Assembly: GCA_004764695.1 (NCBI GenBank) | Contig: SMSO01000031.1 | Coordinates: forward strand, 9,096,761 to 9,160,760 | DNA: 64,000 nt | Direction: 5' to 3' | Source of the DNA: Schizochytrium sp. TIO01 | Lineage: Eukaryota; Protista; Bigyra: Labyrinthulomycetes | In this document: one piece after another, positions 31,001-43,367 of the stretch | How the letters are laid out: every line of letters begins with the position of its first letter | How positions within the stretch are numbered: the stretch's first letter is position 1 | The notes under the pieces: generated by a model | The model's input: only the letters and a program-made list of their open reading frames with translations | The model's database searches: none | What the model was told of the DNA's origin: nothing | Made by a program: the position numbers and the translations under genes

Positions 31001-34000
31001 CAGCTTTTCATCAAACCCATCAATATAGGTATCGAAGAATTTTAGATTGTCAAAGCGCTTCGAACTACACTACCATAGTTTGGCATCTTACAGACTAGCT
31101 CTCCACGCATAAACTGAATTTCTCCACGTTACAGTCCTTCTTCAGAGGAAAACAAAAAGCTCCTTTAAATGTGTTTAAGACAGACGAAGCAGTTAACAAT
31201 ATAGCAGTTTCACTGAAGGCAATAAACCTATATATCATCATTCAGGGTGAACTTAGCCATCGAGGTTTGTAAGCCTTCCATTACAGTGTCCAGTAGTTAT
31301 CACGTTTCAGCTGTCTTTGGAAACCAGAGTTTTGTGTGGCACCAGGCCTGATCAGCACGGGACGACATTGCCTCGGGTCTAGTTGCTGGTTTTGTTCTGA
31401 ATTCCCGTACCATGAAGACATTTTAATCATTACCTTCACATGTCTGAGTCCGGGTCGCTTAAGTTGGTTGGCGCAGGGCAATGATAAGTTTTGGGATTGA
31501 CGTTCTGTAGAATGACTTACATGCGTTGACTCCGAGTTTACAAGAGTTGGAGAGAAATTATTGTTAGACTTTCACAATTCAAAGGGAGGACGTGAAGAGA
31601 CGATTTAAAACAATCGTTGTGATTCTTCTCATTGATAGTAAGCAAGGCCAATGTGCATGCATTTCTTGCCGTCGGCCCATGATCTACAGACACGAGTAAT
31701 GTTTAGGCGTTTGCTAATATGCATTTGACCTTTGAAGTGAACGTTGGTTGGTAGTTGGTTCTGGGCTTCGAGGTTCAAGCTGAAGTAGTTTTTATGTTGC
31801 TTTAACACACAGATAACAGCTCTCAGCAAAACGGGATCATAGTGCTTCTTCGATGAAAGAAAGAGTAGTATCAACGAGCAAATTGCAACAAGATCTTGAC
31901 CACACTGATTTGTGTTTCACAAACGAAGGCCAACCTACAGAAACAAATCAAGGTGTTTTGCATGACTTTGGGTATATCTCTGTTCTGCTTCTGAGTTGTT
32001 TTTTCATCTCAGCTGTCTTGCTCAAGGCCAAAACAATGCTTCAATGAAGGCAGTGTTAGACATGAAAAATAAAAACGAAACATTAAATGCTCAAATTCTT
32101 CCTGGAAAATTGAAATTTTTATGCATTCTTATAAAACATCTCTCCCAAATAAGTAAGTATGTGGTATGTGTTAAAATTTTATACCTATGCCAATACACGA
32201 TATATATGTATACGTATATTTACATATAATTTTTTTTTGTTTGAATAGGGGCTTTTTTAAAATTCTAAATGCAGCACTGTTTCCAATTTGAAGAGCCAAA
32301 CTATTGCTTATACCCTCTTAATCATTATCGTTTGATGTCAGCTCTCACCTACGGTATGACTGATAAGTGGCTTTTTTTCAGACTCTACAATGAGGTTTGC
32401 TCGTCGCACTGCCAATTCTTAAGAACTATGAATGATTATTTTAAAGTATTTTAAGAATTAAAAGCTTTACAAATTGAAAGAGAAATCAATGACTTCATTT
32501 TTTTCTATGCAAGTTTTTATAGGGTATTAGTTCCATGAAGAGCTGGAAGAAAGCAAATAGCAGGAAAAGGTGATGATAGCCCATTATAGATAGCATCCGC
32601 ATGAGCTTATTAGTCGTTTGTCGGCTCATTCATTCTCGTATACAACTGCCGTCGAAGAAGTCAGAGCTCCGACTGCGCACGGATTCCAAGCACGCATAAC
32701 ACCGCTTCGGTGAGGCCGCGTGAAGCCTGTGCGGCGTAAACTCGGCCGCTCTCAGCCTCCTTGTGCACCAAACCATTGGTTGGCGGCCAGTTTCGCGAGT
32801 CTGGAGCACGGTTCCTGCGTTGACAGAGCCCTATTGCCTGTAAGTGACTATTAGAATCAGGAGGATTGACCCAAATTCCACTTTCAGAAGCGGTCTCGAG
32901 CGGCATCTTCCATATTTTAATTTCATGCATGAGAAAGTGCAGCTTTAACTAGAAGCAGACTATACACCTTCGGCTATATGTGTACTAGGTACCTATGAAA
33001 CAACATGTTGCTATCGGCACTCTACTCTCCATAGTCCGATGGTACTCATAAATCAGTGTTTTCACTTATCCAAAAGCTCGATTTGAAGCATACTCTAGAG
33101 AACCATACCATTCAGTTTTATAATTATAAGTAGTTACAGGTGCTTTATTGCCATGCGATATTTCATCAACATAAGTTTTAACCAAGTAGCTCGCATCGTC
33201 GAAGAAATTATTTAAATGAAAAACATTATTTCATGAATATATACTGGAGCGTTGTACTGAATACTCACCTATGATCCTTCAACAATAATCTTTTATATTC
33301 AAGCCTATTTAATTTTTTCATTTCAAAATTATGACTAAAACTAGTTTCCTAATAGTACAGCGTCGTAAAGCTGTCTTTTCAGGTATTTTTCATTCTAAGT
33401 GCAAGCCTGTAGCACTATTGCGAAAGATGCATTTCGAATTGCTGAGATACCCTTCTTTCTTGAAAGAGGTTTCTGAAGAATTCTAAAAAATGTAGATTAT
33501 TGTGTTCTTTTTCAATACAACAAACAACATCGCGATGACATAATATAACACGTGCTTACCTATTTAGAGAATATGAATCAGAGCTGTAAAAGTAAATACT
33601 AGGACTGGGATAATTCTCTCTTTCATTTCAATCTATGTGCAAAGCCAACAAATAATTTATAGTGTAAGGTCAATTTAAGGAAAAACTAGGAGGTCCCTAG
33701 TAGCTAGTTTCTCTTCAAGATTTAATGATTCAGGTTAAACCTTAGTCAGTTCTTCGTTAATATGGACGTGAAGATATGGACGCGAATAAAATAGGAGTGA
33801 CAAAGGACTTTGGTTTCTTACTTTAATGAATGACATTCTTTCGAAAAGACATGCCAGTGGCGTTTCCTAGCAAATGAGGACTGCAAAATTTCTGGTGCTC
33901 TACTTTGCCTTAAAATCATTCCATGAGATCGTCAGATGAGAAAATTTAGAAACTGTCGATGTAACCCTAAGTTAAATGTATGGAAATAAAATTTTTGAAA

Positions 34001-37000
34001 GAAACAAAGCCATTCTCTCCCTTTCTTGCGGAACTTCTAAGATCCCATTCTTAGTTGTATTCAAGGCCACTCATTTCCTTCTTTGTCGAAACATAGAGAT
34101 ACATTTGCAGATACGCCATTCAATGGTAAAATCAAACTCTGGTCAAAATTCGTAAGGTTTCATCTTTAAGTTCACTACAAGTATCTCAAGTATTGTGAGA
34201 CACGAGCCGTTCGAGCATTTATATTTGGTCTTTTGATTAGATACTACTATTTGATACCATTGATTTAAAACACCATTCCGAGTTTTCTGGCGTTTGTAAG
34301 TGCGTACCTGGTACCTACCTACATACTCGAGAAATAGATCTTGAGCACAATGACAGCAATAGGAAAGTATACTTGGGTCAACTCAAAGAGAAAGTTAATA
34401 TGATGCTTTGCAGGGATGATTAGTTTAGACTTTACAACAGTAGTTATCAAATTGTGATTGTTTATGCATCAAAGTATCCTCAACCGTCTTGCAAATGCCA
34501 CTAAGTATAGATCGAAGCATTACTATTTCCACGAAGACTGTAAATGACAATATAAGCTAGTATCGCCCTCGAAGCAACTATTCCATCTTTCTCGTTTTCC
34601 CATTTTCGCGAACGACAAACCAGTGAATAAGTAAAAACCATTGCATTCTGCGCCATCTCATGGCGACTTCATAATTTTCCTTCGCGACAGAAAGAAAACT
34701 ATGAGAACAGATGTGAAAGAATCATTTTGTTTGAATATATTTCTAAGTATTGTAAAACGTTTGTTTGTTTTTTGTAAGGAGATCGCTGCTGAGAGTGCTC
34801 ATCTCTTCTTCGAATACAAAGTCCGTACTATCTTACTAGCTAGCTAGTGTAGTACTTTGTTTCTTTCTTCTGCATGGTGGCTGCTCGATCAAAAGGCAGC
34901 TGCAAAAGAATTAACAAAATTAAGTTTGCACCCTTGAGATAGTCGAGTCTTGGGACTGAGAATAAACGCAGACCAAGAGCTTTAAGTTGAGAATATCAAT
35001 ATGGAAATATCTTAGACAACCAATCTCTTCGAGAATCTGTCATAAGCTAGACTTGCCGCTAGATTTGCCACATAACCTGCAAGTCTACTTCACAGCATGC
35101 AAGCCGGAAGTCAGCTAGTTGGTACCCATCGCTATTGCAGGCAGACAATGAATCATTGGTAACTTTCTTCTGCTTTTTTTTTCCCTTCAGAATATTTTCA
35201 ATGGATAGTACTAGGTACTCTTAAATTGAAATAAAATAGTAAACATATTTTCTAATATTGTTTTATATTTTCTACTCTTTCTTTTTTTTCTTTTTTTTTC
35301 TTTTTTTTAATCCTGAAATATTTTTAAATTTCCCGGTTCATAGCTCAAAATGTGATCGTTATGCGATCCCAACACTATTATATCCTCGTCCTCGTCTAAT
35401 ATGATAAAACTATCAGGTCCTCCCTCCATAAATCTTGTTGGTACGAGTCTTCACAAATACCTAAACTACTAATCGCTTCTTTCAATACACCTGACTTCAG
35501 ATCAGGCCTTCACTTGCGGTGCGCTTCCTCGCAATCCACCTCGAGCGGTTAGTAGTTAATTAGAACCTATTAAGACCCCTATCCTACCTACCAACTCACA
35601 CTGGAGTACAAGTTTTTAAAAAAATTTAGCGATGCAGATAAGTAAAAACCCAAGCCCATTACTACCAATTTCTTTGAAGTCTGATTATGCAGCAGAAACC
35701 AGGAAGGTCGGTTAGTAGGCCTGAAGCTCCAGTAAGATGGAAAGAGGTCAGTCGCGCTTTTTCTTAGAAACACGACCTCGGGTCACCGTTACTGACCAAC
35801 CAATCACTACCAACCAAAGGGAATCTCGGGGTCCCGTACCATACAATGATAGACCCGTGGACCATGATCACTTAGTTACTTTACTTTACCTAGTTAGTAA
35901 ATGGGCTCGTGAGACAATTCGATATGCAGCTTGAAAGTTAGCTCTAAACCATTGCAAACCTCGAGACAGTCGTGACAACCTGGTTCTTACTAGGGCGGCT
36001 TGGCAAACTCCTTCTTCTATGGAGCGTGCTCTGGAGCAAGCTTTTTGACTGCGATTAAGTTACCATCTAGATTTTTGTGCAGAAACGATAGAAGGAAATA
36101 TAATAGTAAGCAAAGATCAACAGAAATGAATGAACGAATGAATGAAAGCATTGCTGTGATTTAATTGGAGAAGTGTTTATGTGAGACAATTGAGACGAGT
36201 TTTTAGTAATAGAACACAGTGGGCTGCTAACAAACAAGTGTGTTGCGAAATTGCGAGTCATTTCATTATGTAAACTGATCAAAATATGTAGACAAGTTTT
36301 GCTTTCCGAATGAAATTGAGTGAAGTATTCTACATTTGTCATGCATGAATAACCGCAAACATACTACTATTAGATTTTCAATCAGTCATATGAAATCTAG
36401 CTTTCACAGGCAGGATCAGGAGTGCTTGTCAGCGAAAGGCGTAGAAAGCGACTGCGCTATGGGCTCACATAGACCAACTTTCTTATGCACAGGAGGCTAT
36501 CAACCCCTGCTTTATTTAATTACTATGTGATGACGATTATCCGCTTTCAGCTGCTTTCCCCCCCATTTCTTTTATAAATGTTAAAAATAAAAATAAAGTA
36601 TTTATGACGTCACTGATAGGTACTTTCAGAACTGCCAGCCCATTGTCCCCAGCAAGCGTATCAGAGTGTATTCAACTCATTCAAAGCAAAATCTCATCAC
36701 CATATCATAAACAATTCAGCTTCTGTACTGAAGGCCTGATTTTGCTCATGGCTAAGCATGTTTGTGAAGAGATTGAGTGACGAATCTCGCATCTTCTTTG
36801 CCTTTCAAAGTGTATTCTTGCTCGAGAAAGAATATTTTGAGTTTTTTTGTTTTGTTTTTGATAAAAACATTTTTCATATTTATTTTTTTAATAATTGAAA
36901 ATCTCAAAAAATGGCCTGTTAGTCGGTTTCTTTCTTCCATATTCATAGTTCCATGCTTCCTTACAATAGCTAGCTAGCCTTTCCCAGTTAAATCCATGCT

Positions 37001-38604
37001 CCATGAACCTCCTGTGCTTCTAACTTCATATCTCGCATACACATAATATCCAATCGTATTTCGCCTGACAACTGCGTGGGACGTTCGAATTCTATAATTT
37101 ATCTTCCGCTTGATTTCAAAGCTCTCGAGGCACAATAAAGAACTCAACATCCTCTTTGTGGCTGTTGATGGTTTGTTTTCTCCGACTTAAAGCATCGCTA
37201 GGATCCTTCAACTACCTACCAAACTCTGCCGCTGAGAAGAGAGAATGGGCTTGATGTGGCTTAAACGCTAGCTTGTTACAGAGCTCAAGGTAAAGAGGAA
37301 ATCTAACCTCAGTATATGATACTATATATTGCACGATTTTCTTTAGCCTTCCCAAACTCTAATGCATCTTTTATTAATTTACATTTTTATGTTTATGAAT
37401 GATTTTTCACTACTCCTAACAACAAGAACAAAGAGAAGAAAAATGAGAAGAAAAATGAGAAGAAAAATGAAAAGGGATGTAGTTACTTCTTCGATGTAGC
37501 TTACTTTTCGCAGAAAAGAAACGGTGACGATAACTTCGTGCTCTCAGAAGAGAGTCAACAGCTGTGGAGCAGATGCTTTACAACCTGCGTAGATAGACCA
37601 CTATCGGCTGTGATAGTTGGTAATTGCAACATATGCTAGCATTTTTTTTTTATTTTAAAAGAAATAATTTTGAAAGGAAAGCAATTCCTCTGCATTTCTT
37701 TTTCTACAGGATTCTGTCACAGGCGCGCTCCCATAATTGGTAGCTCTATTGAGTTAGTAAAGAATTTGAATTCGAGTTCATAAACATCAAAGTTACAAGA
37801 ACAAGAACAGATCATTAAAAAAATAATTTTCTTTTTTTTTTTTAAATGTAGTTTCCTAAAAAGTATTTTTTAAAAGTAAAATGTTGAAAATGTTGAAAAT
37901 TGGATGAGTAGGAAAGAAAAGCGTCGCATATTCGTTTTCCCATGACTGTATTGGTTCTTCATTCTCCTCGTTTGTCACCTGACCCATCTTCGATATTCAT
38001 GTCCTTCTCCTCGTTTGTCTCCATGTATCTCTCTCTCTCCTCGCTCGTTGCTACCCAAGAAACAAATATTAATGCTTTTTACCAGAAACAAATGAAATAA
38101 GCAAAATGAAAGAAAACAACGTCGTCACATAGTAACAAATAGTAAAATAAAGAAAAGAGAGAATTACTACCCAGGGGCCTAGCACTAGCAGTCCTTCGTC
38201 ATCGCTCATCACTCGTTCATTCCTCGTTCAATCCTCCTCCCTAGTTGCTCTTGCTGCTGCATCTTGAACTCGCGGAGCTGAGGCCTTTCGTGGCGGCGTG
38301 GAGCGGCTGCGTGCCTTGTGCCTCTTTCTCCTTTTCCCTTCTCCTTCTTTCTGCCGTCAATCTGCCGTCTACATTTGTTCTGGGTCATCTGCTCGCTTTA
38401 GAATCCCTCAAGTTTCATCTTCGACCTTGCCAATATTGCGCCGGTCTCTTCTTTCTTTCAAGTGCGCGGAGAGCAAACAGTTGATAGTAGAACCAAGACC
38501 CAGCCTTGGAACATCTTTGCAGTCGAAGAGCAAAGAGAAAAGAGTGAAAGGATAGAGCAAGAATCAAAAAGCAAGAAGCAAAATAACAAAGCAAAGGGTG
38601 AGAA

Positions 38605-39891
38605 ATGGCCACTAAGGCTCTAACATCGAACTCACCTCGTCGTGCGCACATGAAGCGCACGCGCGACCTTGAGGGGGATTCTGCTGGTCCCAAGTCGAAG
38701 CGTTGCACAAACTGCACTTCGACAGAATCTGTGGACATGTGTGAGAGCATTTTCCACGAGCCTGCACGTGTTGCAACAAAGGTCGAGCTCAACTCCTCGC
38801 CGGTATCTTCTGTAACTACAGATGCATCCAGTATGCAACAACACCAACAACGCCAGCAGTTTCAACAACACCAGCACCAGCAGAATCAGGTGAAGGACCA
38901 AAAGGTTCAGGATAACGCTAACAACTTTGATGATACTAACTCCGTGGCAGGGGCCTCGGTGAGCGGTGGAGCTGCGAAAGGTAGGGGACGCCGCCTGGTA
39001 TGGAACGAGCGAATGCATGTCAAATTTCTCAGTATCATTTTCGATATTGGGCTGGAGCACGCATCTCCGCGCAAAATTCTGGACCGCTGGGGGCTTTTCG
39101 AACGTGGCAATCTCGACAGCAGTCATGTCAAGTCCCACCTGCAGAAATACCGCTCGAACTCAAAGCGAACTAAAGAAGTTTTCCAGGAGCAGCTCGAGGC
39201 AGCTCTCAAGCAAGCCTGTGATGATCAAATTAATGTGCAGCATTCATATCCATTTCCGCGCGGATCTAAAAACCCCATTAGCAGTCTCGATATGGCTGCT
39301 ATCATGGACGGCGAGCATGATTGCCCTTTTGAAGCCTGTTCTAGTGAAGTCGCCGGCACCGCAAACCCCAATTATACAGCTTCCAATATTACACACACCT
39401 CCCACGAACAACGCCTCTCCTCGTCATCAGAAGCAATCCCACCGCCACCGCCTGCAGAACACAGAACCCAACATCAGCCGCGGCAGCACCAACACAGTCC
39501 GCAAGCTGTGGAAGGTAATAACGGCGCCGAGCATGCTCCTCAATGCCATTATTCATCATCAACAGGATCAGCTGCGCGTAGGGGGCAACACGGCTCATTG
39601 GAGTCCCATCAAGAGATCCATGACCACCAAACTCACAACCATCATGCTCCGGACAATGCTGGCCATATTCATCACCCCCATCACCACCACCGTCACGAAC
39701 ACGTGGCTCACGTCCACCACGGCCACGAAAATAGTTTGCACCATCATCACCATCACCACCACCATGGGCATGGACACCACTTTCATCATCCTCATACTGA
39801 TGACCTTGCAGACTCTATCTTTGAAGAGTGTCTAGAGTGCCTACTTTCTCCAACGACTGAGTGTTCCGAGTCTAATTCGCAACAACACTAG
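38605..39891 (+). CDS. GARP/Myb-like (SHAQKYF-class) transcription factor with His-rich C-terminus
   Basis: RRLVWNERMHVKFLSIIFDIGLEHASPRKIL...HVKSHLQKYR is the GARP DNA-binding signature; Gln-rich N-terminal and His-rich C-terminal tracts. Confidence 0.88.
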   Translation: MATKALTSNSPRRAHMKRTRDLEGDSAGPKSKRCTNCTSTESVDMCESIFHEPARVATKVELNSSPVSSVTTDASSMQQHQQRQQFQQHQHQQNQVKDQKVQDNANNFDDTNSVAGASVSGGAAKGRGRRLVWNERMHVKFLSIIFDIGLEHASPRKILDRWGLFERGNLDSSHVKSHLQKYRSNSKRTKEVFQEQLEAALKQACDDQINVQHSYPFPRGSKNPISSLDMAAIMDGEHDCPFEACSSEVAGTANPNYTASNITHTSHEQRLSSSSEAIPPPPPAEHRTQHQPRQHQHSPQAVEGNNGAEHAPQCHYSSSTGSAARRGQHGSLESHQEIHDHQTHNHHAPDNAGHIHHPHHHHRHEHVAHVHHGHENSLHHHHHHHHHGHGHHFHHPHTDDLADSIFEECLECLLSPTTECSESNSQQH

Positions 39892-40980
39892 TCAGATCCC
39901 AAAATGTTGCATAGCACCGTTGTTACTATTGTCGTCACCTTCTGTAATATCACAACATGATTGAACAAGACATTGGAATGATATCAGAAAGTGTTGACAG
40001 AGATTGAATAATCTACTATATGGAATGCTCGAAGACTATCACCAACTGCAGCGGTGAGTAAATAGACATAACATTAGCACAAAAACGTGGAGTGAAGGAA
40101 CCATATTAAAACAAAACCCAGTTGGGGTTCGTGCGTCTTGAAACCAAAGAACTACGACATGACCAGTTAGCTTACGTGATGGACGGGGCGATATAATTCA
40201 AAATGCGCGTACCCCACGCGATGGACGAGCAATGCAATTCATCTTGCTTGCTCTTCATCTTGATGATCGGTACACCTCTTCATTTCCATATTTGGTTCAA
40301 GGAGCAAATTTTGTCTCTGTATGACACAATATCTGTCATACGATATGAGCAACGACAATTACCATGTCTTTCTCTGTGCACGAATACTGCGCGGCTTCAA
40401 CATTAATTCACTACTATTTTGCATTTTCTCATAGATCCTTTATTACTTTCTCTCCAATGCCTCTTTGGGCCTGCACCTATTGCCCAAACCTTCCTTTTTC
40501 ATTGACGTCAATCTCTCGTCTCAAAAAAATGCCTTAGTTTTTTGCTTGATGTTATAGAACGGCAGAGGTTTTCCCTATGCTTGCCAATATTATGTGCATC
40601 GCCCATGCTAAAGTACAGCATGCAACTGTGTTTCTTGCATCATTAATCTTGGTTGAAAAACCTGTTAGTCCAATGAGCCAGAGCATAGGAGCGCTTCATC
40701 TTCAGTTTTGTGATGATTTTTGGTGCTCCGTGAGTAAAAAACCATTCAAATTTCTTACTCTGACGGTGTTTAAAGTAAGAAGTGTCTTGACAATGCGACG
40801 ACTGGCTCAGTCAAACTTATGGACGTATGGAAGAAAGCGTACAAAGAAAATCTTGAGAGGAGAAAAGTAACACAAGAGAAAATAGAATATACAAAACAAA
40901 GATTTACATCAAATACATGCAACTTTGGCAAGGCAGACACAGACATAGCTTGACATTTGATTGATTTTCAAGCGCATACC

Positions 40981-42590
40981 CTATGCCTGCTTGAAGTTCA
41001 TGCGAAAGTTAGATACGATAATATCTACTTCATCTTGAAAACGTTCGATTATAGGTTGTAGCGCTGGATGGTCAAAGTGCTTTCGCCCAAAGGCCTGCAA
41101 TTTCTGTTCCATTACACCCATTTCTTCTTCGACGCGAGCACGTTGAGGAGGGGGGCAGCTGTAAAGCCAAACGGCCACTATTACGAGCGCCGAACCAAGC
41201 ATAAATCCTAAAGTAGGCCTAAAGTGAAATAAGAAAATTGATGCCACTGAAGAGGCGACCATGGAGATCGCCGTCGCGAATGTCTTGGCCATATTACTGG
41301 TGTATTTGAGCACCGCCCCAATGAGAAGGCCTCCCACAGCTTGTACAAGTATAACCAACCATACCAGTGGTGTGAAACCTTGGAAGAATCCCCTTGCTTT
41401 AATTGCAGGTCCATCACTCTGCACAATCATAATCACACCAAAAATGCACGAAAACCCTGCCATTACAAAGTTCTTAAACCATAGTGATGAAGCAATCTCA
41501 CCCAACCTCTCTGATGATTTAAAAACTTTCTCTGTGAAGGTTCCTGCAAATGATGATAGCACCGCCGCAGCGAAGGTCGCACCTAGACCAATCATCATGT
41601 TTTTCGTACGATCTCTTTTGACGGCATCCGCTAAATCCCCCCCAGAAATTGGACCATCAGTCGAACTTGAGTCAGTCATTGAATTTGAAGCCGAACCTCG
41701 TGAGGTTGATGAGGACACTGCTACAAAAACAACGCCCACAAATAGCATGCCGATAGCAAGGCGGTTGACACGATCAATGGGTTTTCCTAACATCATGGAT
41801 GCAGAAAACGCAGCGAAAACAACTTTGAGCTGGTACATGACTTGGAAAACAGCGGCATCGAGATATCCAAGGGCAAGAAGCGTTAAGTTATTCTGCACAA
41901 GGTACACGAGTGAAGGTAAAGCCAGAAACACCACCTGTGGTTTCCGTAAGGCCTTGACAACTTTGTCGATGACATTCTGAGGGTCTTCTGGGTCTTCAGA
42001 GAGCAAAAAGATGCCCGAGAGAACCAATTTGGCAAGCTCTGTTACAAGAACAACAGAACTAGTCAGGAAAGGCGCTGCAGGGTCCTGTTTGTGCCTTGCA
42101 AGTGCCATGAGCAGCACCACAAGCGTGTTCTGCGCTACAAGACCAACAAGCACGACAGAGCCTATCGAAGGTGGCCCGAATGGAGGACGCATCCCAATCA
42201 AGAGACCGAGGCCCCTGAGTGCAGAAACCTCACTCCAGACCTGCGCAAGAGGCCGGGGGGCGTCGCTGAAAGGAGAAGTAAACGTGAACTTCCGCACTTG
42301 GACGATGGAATTACTACCTAGTTAGCTCAACACCGACTCTTCCTTGCATATAGTATGGTAGTAGCCAATATCACTAGTATGGCAATAGGTACTAGTAGAG
42401 GTAGTGTGTCAATTCGCAATTTATTTTGCAGGTGTTGTGATTTATAAGAAATCCTCAGAAGCGATAGACATTGAAAACCTTTAGGGATTGGGTGCTTTGT
42501 CTCTGCATGCATTTCCGTGTCTGTTTGTAAATGGTATTACCGAGGCTGCTTCGAAGACGAGGTACAAGGTACAAGAAGAGAAGAAGCCAT
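40981..42590 (-). CDS. Nucleotide-sugar transporter (SLC35A / UDP-Gal, CMP-sialic acid transporter family); tentative join(42541..42590,40981..42313)
   Basis: VLVTELAKL, LPSLVYLVQNNL, FQVMYQLKV, SSFAGTFTEKVFK, GGLLIGAVLKYTSNMAKTFA; many hydrophobic segments. The track start is GTG. A phase-2 intron GTAATA..CTAACTAGGTAG (42540-42314) links in frame to an ATG at 42590; the alternative start is the internal MRPPFG. Confidence 0.88.
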
Positions 42591-43367
42591 GCGAAAAGTG
42601 TTCGTTTTCACTTTAGTTCCCTGGAGGATTACGGCATTATGCACGTGCGGTGCAATTACAAGAACAATAGAAAAAAACTGGTTGAAGATAAGTCGATGCT
42701 CGGTTAGGTTGAAGATGATCGCCAGAATCAATGAGTTCAAGGGGCGTGGACAACATGAGTATTGGAATCAGTTCGAAAAGCAGTCTTAACAGCATTACGA
42801 GAACTCTTAAAGTTTTGCGTGTTAATAGAGAACTACAATCTTGCGGAGCTGGAGAGGTGGGGAACAACTAGCAGCGAGCCGGCTTAAGAATGTGATAGGT
42901 AGCAGGAGAGGAATACGGCTGGAAGGTACAGAGCTCAGAACGATAAGATAGAACTAAGGTTGTTTGGAAATTAAATACCTAGCCTGTGGTGATTTAGGAA
43001 AGGTCTAGTCTAGTGCGGGAGTTTGTATACCATGATAAACCTTTTTGTACATATGGTCGAAGGGGAGGTCATCAGTCTCAATCTTAAACTTAAATAAACA
43101 TGATTTCTCTAGGAAGTCTCAGCATCATGGCAACAATATTTCATAAAGTATACCGTCTCTAAAGACGCAAATGTTTCATCTAAATTCTAGCCATTTCTTG
43201 GGGTGGATTATTGTAGTAGCAATCGGAGCTTCCTTCTTTCTCTTGTGAAGACATAAAAGCAAAACCAGACTTGTGATAGATTTGCTGGATGCAACTCATA
43301 TAACCATCTATGTGTTTTCCCTAAGAGTCTGTCTAATATAAATCTTTCATGGTATAGATGCCGCAGA

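Noticed and set aside
32740-32790. TPP-riboswitch-like GGCTGAGAG on the minus strand
   Set aside because: Lacks the downstream ACCC/GAACCTGAT..TAAT..GCG core, and there is no adjacent thiamine gene.
9784-37540. ATAACTTCGTG occurs three times (9784, 13499, 37530) and resembles a loxP arm
   Set aside because: No inverted partner arm or spacer; a few 11-mer triplets are expected by chance in 64 kb.
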